14,052 nucleotides of DNA. Source: Octopus sinensis. Taxonomy: Eukaryota. Shown here piece by piece: positions 1 through 7,765 of the stretch (positions are counted from its first letter, which is position 1; each line of letters begins with the position of its first letter). The stretch lies in contig NW_021825946.1 in NCBI RefSeq assembly GCF_006345805.1, positions 1-14,052 on the forward strand. The letters are read 5' to 3'. Both the position numbers and the translations under genes were made by a program. The notes under the pieces were generated by a model. That model had not been told where the DNA came from. It saw only the letters and a list, made by a program, of their open reading frames with translations, and made no database searches.

Positions 1-24
1 ACATACATACATACACACATATAT

Positions 25-796
25 CAGTGGCGACTCCAGCACCGGGCTATTCGGGCTTAGCCCGAGTATAAATTTATTAAAGTGAACGTGTATTTGCAAG
101 CTGATTTAATTTCTGCCAACATTGACTTCAAGCATGTAATTGCTCCTAACAACCTGGGTTCCTTTTATTGATCCTGATCGCAGTTTACTTATTTTCGTTC
201 AGCGTCTGCCGGTCGTCTTACAGGTGCCCTGTATCAAAGCATCATTCGTAGCAGGCATGTGAACGATGCTTTCTCAACATCATTCACATGCCCCTGACTC
301 GGGCTCAGAAGTCATAGCCCTAGTTGTTATCTATAATCGTAAAAATTAAAAGTAATTCAAATTCAATTTTTTCTTGAAATAATAAATCTCTATAGAGATT
401 AGGATTTATCTTCCAATGTAAGAAGAGTTTCTGTTATGCAATATTCTTAAATGAACAAAAAATTATCCAGCAACTCGGGCTACTACGAACGTGTAAAATA
501 CTAATCGGTATCTCTTGTCAAAAGTACAGGCGACAGTTAGATTGCTCACGTTTGCTGTGTACAAAATGATTGTATCATTTTGTGCGTCTATGTGTGAAGA
601 CCAGTTGTATTTTGCAGGGTTGCTTTATTTTTACCCTTAACTTAATAATAGAGAAAGATATCGTGCTAGATATAGAAAAATAAGCCATTTGGGCTAGAAT
701 TATTGCAGAAAAACGTGTGATTCTTCGAGCAGTCATGTGTCTAATGCGAAATCGGCGATGAGCCCGAGTGACGGTGATGACCTGGCGTCGCCTCTG
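25..796 (+). mobile_element. Non-autonomous hAT-like DNA transposon (internally deleted/MITE-like) with 15-bp TIRs
   Basis: Left TIR cagtggcgactccag (25-39) and right TIR ctggcgtcgcctctg (782-796) are reverse complements with 2 mismatches. Subterminal motif actcgggct/agcccgagt recurs at 59-67, 297-305, 473-481 and 761-769. CAGTGG termini are typical of hAT elements. No perfect 8-bp TSD (acatatat vs atacacac); both flanks are TA/CA microsatellite. Confidence 0.75.
465..740 (+). pseudogene. Possible decayed hAT transposase C-terminal dimerisation-domain remnant
   Basis: Frame at 530-607 reads ATVRLLTFAVYKMIVSFCASMCEDQL; another frame at 642-680 reads LIIEKDIVLDIEK*. These loosely match the hAT C-terminal pattern (ATxERSFS..K.I...RS.M.EDRL...L.IE.DI..DIE) and lie just inside the right TIR. 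Judged by eye only. Confidence 0.35.
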
Positions 797-797
797 A

Positions 798-873
798 TAC
801 ACACACCACACACACACAACACACACACACACACACCACATATGTATATGCGTATGTGTGTGTGTGTGTGTGT
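798..873. repeat. (CA)n followed by inverted (TG)n microsatellite
   Basis: Read directly from the sequence. Confidence 0.95.
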
Positions 874-928
874 GATTTACGATGACTGATGATTTTAAGC
901 TTATTAAAAAAATATAAATAAATATACA

Positions 929-1087
929 GGCGCAGGCGTGGCTGTGTGCTAAGAAGCTTGCTTACCAGCCACATGGTCCCGGGTTCAGTCCCACTGCGTG
1001 GGAACTTGGGCAAGTGTCTATAGCCTCGGGCTGATCAAAGCCTTGTGAGTAGATTCGGTAGACAGAAACTGAAAGAAGCTCGTAGTC

Positions 1088-1120
<33 letters not shown>

Positions 1121-1313
1121 GTATATGTTTGTGTATCTGTGTTTGTCTCCCCACCCCATCGCTTGACAACCGATTTTGCTGTGTTTACTTCCCTGTAACT
1201 TAGTGGTTCGGCAAAAGAGACCGATAGAATAAATCCTGGGGTTGATTTCTTTGACTAAAGCCGTTGCTCCAACATGGCTGCAGTCAAATGCTTGAAACAA
1301 ATAAAAGAATAAA
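929..1313 (+). mobile_element. tRNA-derived SINE, family A, near full length with internal (TG/TA)n
   Basis: A box tggctgtgtgct, B box gggttcagtccc, body cttgggcaagtgtc...aaagccttgtgagt, tail ...gctccaacatggctgcagtc...aaagaataaa. Four more homologous copies are in the window. Confidence 0.9.
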
Positions 1314-1478
1314 GCGGTATTTCGCCTGCCGCTACGTGCAGAATTCAAATTCCGCCGAGGTTGACTTTGCCTTTCATCCTTTCGGGGTCGATAAATTAAG
1401 TACCAGTTGCGTACTGGGGCCGATCTAATCGACTGGCCCCATCCTCCAAAATTTTGGGCTTTGTGCCTAGAGAAGAAT
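1314..1478 (+). mobile_element. tRNA-derived SINE, family B, 5'-truncated, fused to the tail of the family A copy
   Basis: ttcaaattccgccgaggttgactttgcctttcatcctttcggggtcgataaattaagtaccag matches the copies at 3986-4270 and 10587-10813. The central block resembles the Nin-domain type of SINE as I recall it. Confidence 0.9.
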
Positions 1479-1516
1479 AGGATATTTCTACATTGTATAT
1501 TTCTACATTTTTATAA

Positions 1517-1670
1517 GGGGGTGAGCTGGCAGAATCGTGAACTTGTCAGGTAAAATGCTGAGCGACATTTCGTCTGTCTTTATGCTCTGAATTCATATTC
1601 CGCCGAGGCTGACTTAGCCTTTCATTCTTTCGTGGTCGATAAAATAACCTCCCCCTCCTCTCGAATTTGC
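1517..1670 (+). mobile_element. tRNA-derived SINE, family B, diverged copy
   Basis: Head ggtgagctggcagaatcg..., then ttccgccgaggctgacttagcctttcattctttcgtggtcgataaaa. Confidence 0.85.
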
Positions 1671-1696
1671 TGTCCTTTCATATGTAGTAGATATAT

Positions 1697-2006
1697 AAAA
1701 CGATAAACGTCGCCCTTTTCAAGCCTAGCCAGGCACATGGGCCCGGTTTCTGTGGCGTATGTGTCCCCCCCCCCCAGCTGAACGGGACGCCAGTCCATCG
1801 CAGCGTTACTCAAGAAACAAGAAGAGAGAGTGAGAGAAAGTTGTGGCGAAAGAATACAACAGGGGTCTCCAGCACCCCCTGCCGGAGCCCCGTGGAGCTT
1901 TTAGGTGTTTTCTTTCAATAGACACACACAACGCCCGGTCTGGGAATCGAATCCGCGTTCCTCCGACCGCGAGTTCGCTGCCCTAACCACTGGGCGATTG
2001 CGCCTC
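1697..2006 (-). mobile_element. tRNA-derived SINE, family C
   Basis: Minus-strand head gaggcgcaatcgcccagtggttagggcagc...ggattcgattccc contains A and B boxes. The tail gagtaacgctgcgatggactggcgtcccg...gaaaccgggcccatg is shared with 11790-12000. Confidence 0.85.
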
Positions 2007-2120
2007 TATAGTAGATGTATAAACAAGGCAAATTTAGCTATTTTTCCGTCGACTGAGAAAAAAGAAAAAGAAAAAAGAAATGAAGAACTTTAACGAAGTT
2101 TCGAACCATTTTGGACTCAC

Positions 2121-2200
2121 GTCACAGGTGTCTCCATCAATTTGACGAATCTCAGGGAAACAAGCAACCAATCTCTTTATAGACTCAACAAACCCGCTAG
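2121..2200 (-). CDS. Candidate internal coding exon (SGFVESIKRLVACFPEIRQIDGDTCD)
   Basis: Acceptor ccgttttctctag| (tandem AG at 2201 or 2197), donor |gtgagt at 2120-2115, one open frame, non-repetitive context. Weak resemblance to an LRR-cap motif (..FP.L..LDG). No gene recognised. Confidence 0.3.
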
Positions 2201-2878
2201 CTAGAGAAAACGGGCTGCTAACTTGTATATCGTAAATGTTTAACACTTTAATATCAGTGGCCTGTAATCTATAAAGCAGAAATTCAATTTCTAAGACGTA
2301 AACTATAGGAGAGAGATATATATTCTAATATACATCATGTTTTGTCCATAACGATCAGAATATGGGAGGTTATAAATAAAAAAAAAAAAACAGCTCTCTA
2401 CAAATGATTAATGTATATACGCTGCTGACAGGCCAGTTACTGCAGTATTTATCCTGAGATAACATCATTTATGAGTTGGCTGTATTAAAAGCACAATTAA
2501 TATCAGAGAAAGCGACGGTATGTTGACACAGCAGCGGCCAGTGAGAGTGCAGGTCGGGTTTCAGCATTTTGGGTCTTTTCCGCTCGTTACTGAGACAAAT
2601 TTTTGTCTCTGATGTTTATTTTGTGTTTAACAGAAGTCCATAAAATATGCTTTCTGAGGAGACAAACACTGCATTATCATGGTTGTTAATAGCGTGTATA
2701 CATTAAATATGATACGTAGATGGCTATTTTAATCAAAAACTGCGTCAACTGCATATATATCGGATTTAAAATAAACAAATGAATAAACAAAAAATAGGAA
2801 AAAGAACAGATGATGGATAGGAAATGACGCGAATATGTAGAATGTTGTAAAAAAAAAATCACTACGAACAAACTGAAA

Positions 2879-2932
2879 ATGTCTAATGATGACCAACCGG
2901 TAGCATATGTCATAGAGCCACCGTCAGTTTAT
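2879..2932 (+). CDS. Candidate short coding exon (MSNDDQPVAYVIEPPSVY)
   Basis: ATG at 2879, 18 codons, consensus donor |gtaagt at 2933. No homology recognised. Confidence 0.2.
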
Positions 2933-2965
2933 GTAAGTACACAAATACATATGTATATTAGACAT

Positions 2966-2969
2966 AATG

Positions 2970-3049
<80 letters not shown>

Positions 3050-3120
3050 TATAATTATAATAATAATAATAATAATAATATTAATAATAATAATAATAAT
3101 AATAAATAATAATAATAATG

Positions 3121-3188
<68 letters not shown>
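2966..3188. repeat. (TAA)n microsatellite, about 220 bp
   Basis: Read directly; explains the poly-N and poly-I ORFs. Confidence 0.98.
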
Positions 3189-3190
<2 letters not shown>

Positions 3191-3737
3191 TATGCCCTGA
3201 TGCAGTACCAGGCAGTGGCTCTCATGGCTTCTGACCTTAACTGATTGGAAATGTTATCATGTACATTGTTTTGTCTTGGTATAAAAGATGGGCGACAGCA
3301 AATATTCTGCTCAATACCACAGATTTGCTTGTCAGTTGTTTGACCTTAACCAGTTGACCTTGTCCCTTAGTGGCTGACGATATGTGCATCTCTGATCATG
3401 AGCAGAAGTAGTGGGGGAGCATCATAGCCGTGTGTTCAAAGGAATTCTTAGAGGTTTGGATAATTCACCTTTGGAAACATGGGTGTTTCGTTCAACATCC
3501 TTAAACAACCCTTATTCAGGGACCTTTTGAGCGGGATGGCTTACTCGACCTGAAGAAAATTCTAGCCTGCAAGGTCATGTGCTGTTTATCTTGATATGAG
3601 ATCACCATGTCACGCACATATGGTTGTGAAGCATGTGCCTGGGGTACCCTTATCAGACGGGTACTCATGATGAGTATACTGGGCTTCGTATATTTTACCC
3701 CAGTATCACTTAGATGGGATGCACTGCTCTCTCATTC
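3189..3737. mobile_element. 549-bp non-coding dispersed element inserted in a (TAA)n array (putative non-autonomous retroelement)
   Basis: Sharp junctions aataat|gatatgccctg...ctctctcattc|aataat. No ORF and no tRNA boxes. I recall it as a high-copy octopus repeat; unverified. Confidence 0.65.
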
Positions 3738-3749
3738 AATAATAATAAT

Positions 3750-3812
<63 letters not shown>
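3738..3812. repeat. (TAA)n microsatellite; also the (TTA)n tail of the adjacent minus-strand SINE
   Basis: Read directly from the sequence. Confidence 0.95.
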
Positions 3813-3813
<1 letters not shown>

Positions 3814-3985
3814 GCTTCAAATTTTTCCACAAGGGCAGCGATTTTGGGGAGGGAACGAGTCGATTACATGGATCCTAGTGTTCAACTGGTACTTATTTTA
3901 CACACCGGAAGGATGAAAGGCAAGGTTGACCTCTACGGAATTTGAACTCAGAACTAAGCATTTCGCCCAGCGTGAAACGATTCTT
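3813..3985 (-). mobile_element. SINE family B, 5'-truncated and internally deleted
   Basis: ctggtacttattt...ggatgaaaggcaaggttgacctc...ggaatttgaactcag is the reverse complement of the family B core. Confidence 0.88.
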
Positions 3986-4270
3986 ATTTCTTTACTACCC
4001 ACAAGGGGCTACACAAGGAGGGGACAAACATGGACAGACAAACGGATTAAGTCGATTTTACTACCCAAAAGGAGCTAAACACAAGGACAGACAAACAGAT
4101 TAAGTCGATTACATCGACCCCAGTGCGTAACTGGTACTTAATTTATCGACCCCGAAAGGATGAAAGGTAAAGTCGACCTCGGCGGAATTTGAACTTAGAA
4201 CGTAACGGCAGACGAAATACTGCTAAGCATTTCGTCCGGCATGCTAACGATTCTGCCAGTTCGCCACCTT
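3986..4270 (-). mobile_element. SINE family B, full length, with a duplicated 3' tail
   Basis: Minus-strand head ggtggcgaactggcagaatcgttagc...aagttcaaattccgcc. The tail segment starting tttactaccc occurs twice (3991-4056 and 4057-4110). Confidence 0.92.
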
Positions 4271-4644
4271 AGTAATAATGATATAATTAAAGAAAGAAGG
4301 AACATAAAGGAAAAGAAGACTCTAGGCCTTCAAGAACTGACGATAAACAGACTTACAGACTTTCAAACAGTGGGAGAGATAATGACTCGGTGACTAGGTT
4401 CGCATTTGTGCGACGAAAATTATATGATAATTCTTGAAGTGAATTTAAATTTCAAGTAAATTTTACATCTTTGTGTGTTATCAAATGGATCTACCACGGT
4501 GTTAATTGCTGGAAATAATCAAGTGTAATAAACAATTTCTTCCTACATTTACAAACTATACGCTTTGTAAAAATTTTGCAAAATTTCTTCATGTGGGTGC
4601 AGAAAGTCAACTTACCCCCGGTAAAATTAACCTACGCCCAGTAA

Positions 4645-4646
<2 letters not shown>

Positions 4647-4713
<67 letters not shown>

Positions 4714-4737
4714 AACACACCACACACAATATATATG

Positions 4738-4803
<66 letters not shown>

Positions 4804-4921
4804 TATATAATATATATATATATACATATACATATACATACATACATACATACTACTACATACATACATACATACATATACATCATACATACATACATCA
4901 TACATACATACATACATACAT
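4647..4921. repeat. Compound microsatellite (TCTA)n-(CA)-(TA)n-(TACA)n
   Basis: Read directly from the sequence. Confidence 0.95.
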
Positions 4922-5013
4922 GTAAAGTGTGTGCATTTTCCTTCTTCAATTTCCTATATATATTATAACTCACCACTTGCAGATAATCGAAATTCCTCCC
5001 TTTCTGTTACTAC

Positions 5014-5044
<31 letters not shown>

Positions 5045-5101
5045 TGTATGTATGTATGTATGTATGTATGTATGTATGTATGTATGTATGTATGTATGTA
5101 T
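5014..5101. repeat. (TATG)n microsatellite
   Basis: Read directly from the sequence. Confidence 0.98.
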
Positions 5102-5339
5102 GATTAATGATGAAAATAGTGACACAGAGTAATGACAAATGAATTTACTAGAAAACGGAATAAAAAGTACATCACACAATTTCCCATCAATTGACAACCA
5201 AATATCATCACAATTTCGGCACTGTTCGACAATATTGTTCAGCTTGACAGCGCCAGTAATGTAAGCAGCCAGGGTATAAACGAGTGGACATGATAGACAA
5301 GCATGTTGAGACATGAACAGTATATATACGCCTGTGAGT

Positions 5340-5492
5340 TTGTTTATATATGTGTGTATACGTGTGTATGGGTATGTATGTATATATGTACGTACATATG
5401 TGTGCGTGTATGTATGCATGTATGTATGTATGCATGTATGTATGTATGTATGTATGTATGTATGTATGTATGTATGTATGCATGTATGTATG
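5340..5492. repeat. (TA/TG)-(TATG)n compound microsatellite
   Basis: Read directly from the sequence. Confidence 0.95.
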
Positions 5493-6064
5493 AATGTGTC
5501 TTCTATTTTTTTAATTATTAAAAATCTTCCATTGAAGAGGTTAGTCGATTTCCAACAAAGATACAAGGCTACATCTTTGGGATGTAGTTAACACAGACAA
5601 ATTCACATTTGGAACTTGAGAAAAGTCTTGCATATTTTTACTGTTCACTCACAGATTGCACTTGTAATGTACAAATTAGCCGGTCGACTTCTCTTTCTGA
5701 AAATCCCAGTTTATCCTGATTCTCCTTTAAGCATTTACTAAGAAAACCTAGTGCTCCATGGTATGAATATGAATTCATGGTCTGGATATAGCAGCTGTAG
5801 GTTTCGAAGCAGCTGTCCATAGATATCCTCTTTCTCTTTGATTTCCAAAGATATATTTATATCTGCAGGGCAGCTGACCTTTATGATGGTACATACTTTT
5901 GCCCCTCTGTCCCAAACAACAATATCCGGCCTGTTCTGTTTACAATTGACAGAAGTTTTGATTGGAATATTCCACCAGTATTCCTTGAGTTGGTGTTTAT
6001 GAATGTATTCCATAACAGACGGATTTTCTAATTTTATTTCAGGACAGTCATTTTTGCGAATTCG
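5493..6064 (-). mobile_element. 5'-truncated RLE-type non-LTR retrotransposon (R4/Dong-like): 3' end of ORF plus 3' UTR
   Basis: Coding remnant 6064-5603, then a 110-nt 3' UTR with hairpins, joined to (CATA)n on both sides. Confidence 0.88.
5603..6064 (-). pseudogene. Decayed restriction-like (PD-D/ExK) endonuclease domain of a non-LTR retrotransposon
   Basis: Reads ...EYWWNIPIKT..NCKQNRPDIVVWDRGAKVCTIIKVSCPADINI..EIKEKEDIYGQLLRNLQLLYP..FIP, then a frameshift near 5760, GALGFLSKCLKENQDKLGFSEREVDRLICTLQVQSVS, then a 1-nt frameshift near 5645, (G)TVKICKTFLKFQM*. RPD...E..P.D...KEK..Y..L...IVGALG is the characteristic RLE C-terminus. The expected catalytic acidic residue reads K (aag, 5879-5881). 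Confidence 0.9.
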
Positions 6065-6249
6065 TGTATGTATGTATGTATGTATGTATGTATGTATGTA
6101 TGTATGTATGTATGTATGTATGTATGTATGTTTGTATGTATGTTTGTATGTATGTATGTTTGTATGTATGTATGTATGTTTGTATGTATGTATGTATGTA
6201 TGTATGTATGTATGTATGTATGTATGTATGTATGTATTATGTATGTATG
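6065..6249. repeat. (TATG)n microsatellite with TTTG variants
   Basis: Read directly from the sequence. Confidence 0.98.
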
Positions 6250-6601
6250 CAAGATGATAGCCGTCCCACATTCAGCCTGATTTATTTTCATCCTGGGACA
6301 TGCACACCTATCGCCGTAGGCCTTTGTAAAATACGAAACAGATCAAGAAATGAAATAATAGTGAGACGTCCGTACATTACTGGATTTAATTTGCAAAAGA
6401 ATGTAAAACACTGTTGGCAGTCTTTCGATCGCCAAAGTAGATTCCAACGATGACTAGCATTGCAAGATGGTTGGTACTGTTTTAACTGCAAGTTTTATAT
6501 CAGAGTATCTTTCCCCTGCAAGAGCTGCCTTTCCCTACGGCTTTGTCAAAAACGATACAAGCTCCCTTTAGTTGTGGAAAATATATTTAACCCATAGAGA
6601 A

Positions 6602-6747
6602 GACCCCTAACGGATACTACAACAGTTCCGGGTAAGAACGGACCTGAGAGTGATGGTAATTAATGGGTGACTCAATGTTTCCCACAGTACCCAAACTTCC
6701 GAACAGGACCCTCATCACCGGATGTGGTTTTTAGTGCCATACCCAGG
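6602..6747 (+). repeat. Diverged dispersed repeat, homologous to 13023-13105
   Basis: gacccctaac...ttccgggtaagaacggacctgagagtgatggtaattaatggg aligns by eye with gaccctaac...tccgagtcagagtaaagctgggagctatggtatctaaggag. Confidence 0.55.
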
Positions 6748-7244
6748 TTATATATACACATATATAGTTATGTATGTGTGTTTTGTGTGTAGGATGGATA
6801 TCGGTGGGTCAACGAAATCATCTGTTCCTGATTTAACATGTACGTGCCTGCGCTTTTCACAAACACTTATGTTACAAACGTAGTTCTCTGGCAAGCGCAG
6901 CGTTATACACTACATAACAAGGCTGTGTCATTTGAATTACACTTACAATGAAACCGTATAGGTTTCAATGGAGTTGCAGTTCATCTAAGCTCAGTCAGGA
7001 AGAATGATTCCACCAAAGGCTAACGTAAATAACATACGCTATGTGAGTGGCGCACACAGTGGAACCGAACGCAGGCCTTCAAGTTTACGAAATATGAAAC
7101 CAAATTAAAGCAAGTACGTCCGGCTGTTTGCTTACGGTTGTTGAATTGTGTGTTTATCCTTCGCTGATTTTTCAGAGATATTTCTAGATATGAAACTACG
7201 CCACGGAGTATGATCATTCTAAAGTAATATAATTAAAAATTAGG

Positions 7245-7258
7245 TATGTATGTGTGTG

Positions 7259-7290
<32 letters not shown>

Positions 7291-7562
7291 TGTATGTATG
7301 TATGTATGTATGTATGTATGTATGTATGTATGTATGTATGTATGTATTATGTATGTATGTGTGTATGTATGTATACATGCATACACATAGATATAAATTG
7401 TACGAATAATTTTAAAAAAACGGAAAATGTAGAGAAAAACAAATATATAGTAGGTTAACTCTCCAGAACAATTTTACTTTTTCATATGTGCATACATATA
7501 CGTATATATATACACACATATATATACACACACATATATATATACACATACACACACACATA
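7245..7562. repeat. (TATG)n and (TA/CA)n microsatellites separated by an A-rich spacer
   Basis: Arrays at about 7245-7390 and 7490-7562. Confidence 0.9.
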
Positions 7563-7765
7563 TAAAAGTTAGAGCTAATGTAACCATCTAAGCGATAGAT
7601 GTACCCAAAGGCACTCCTGGTATTACCTCAGTGTTTAAGGTCCTTGTTTTAAGGTATACAGTAGTAGGTAATTTAAAAGGTAACTAATTATAAGACGGTA
7701 GATTTAACTAACTCTCTTCTCTTCTATCTTCCAACTGATATATTGAATTATTGAACTCATTAGAA

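Noticed and set aside
929-1010. tRNA genes at SINE heads (also 1935-2006, 4200-4270, 10587-10670, 12200-12277)
   Set aside because: A and B boxes are present but no full cloverleaf can be built, and each continues into a SINE body.
741-1813. ORFs such as MPKFPRSGTEPGTMWL and MSNAAMDWRPVQ
   Set aside because: They are recurrent translations of SINE sequence; the same peptides appear at 10276-10506 and 12507-12728.
3372-3410. CTGACGA hammerhead-like core (also 4337, 885, 10196, and 13847 on the minus strand)
   Set aside because: None is followed by a closed stem II and GAAA.
2879-3945. Poly-N and poly-I ORFs
   Set aside because: They are translations of (TAA)n arrays.
4571-4586. 16-bp palindrome aaattttgcaaaattt
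   Set aside because: It is almost all A/T, likely by chance, and has no associated structure.
4506-6453. Long ORFs rich in YI/HTYI/MYVC
   Set aside because: They are stop-free translations of (TA)n and (TATG)n arrays. Only the RLE part is recognisable coding sequence.
6250-6570. Possible upstream continuation of the RLE element (CCHC/RT)
   Set aside because: My translations of the minus-strand frames show no CCHC knuckle or RT motifs.
6995-7042. Plus-strand 48-nt exon candidate SGRMIPPKANVNNIRY|gtgagt
   Set aside because: The acceptor lacks a pyrimidine tract, there is no homology, and such matches are expected by chance.
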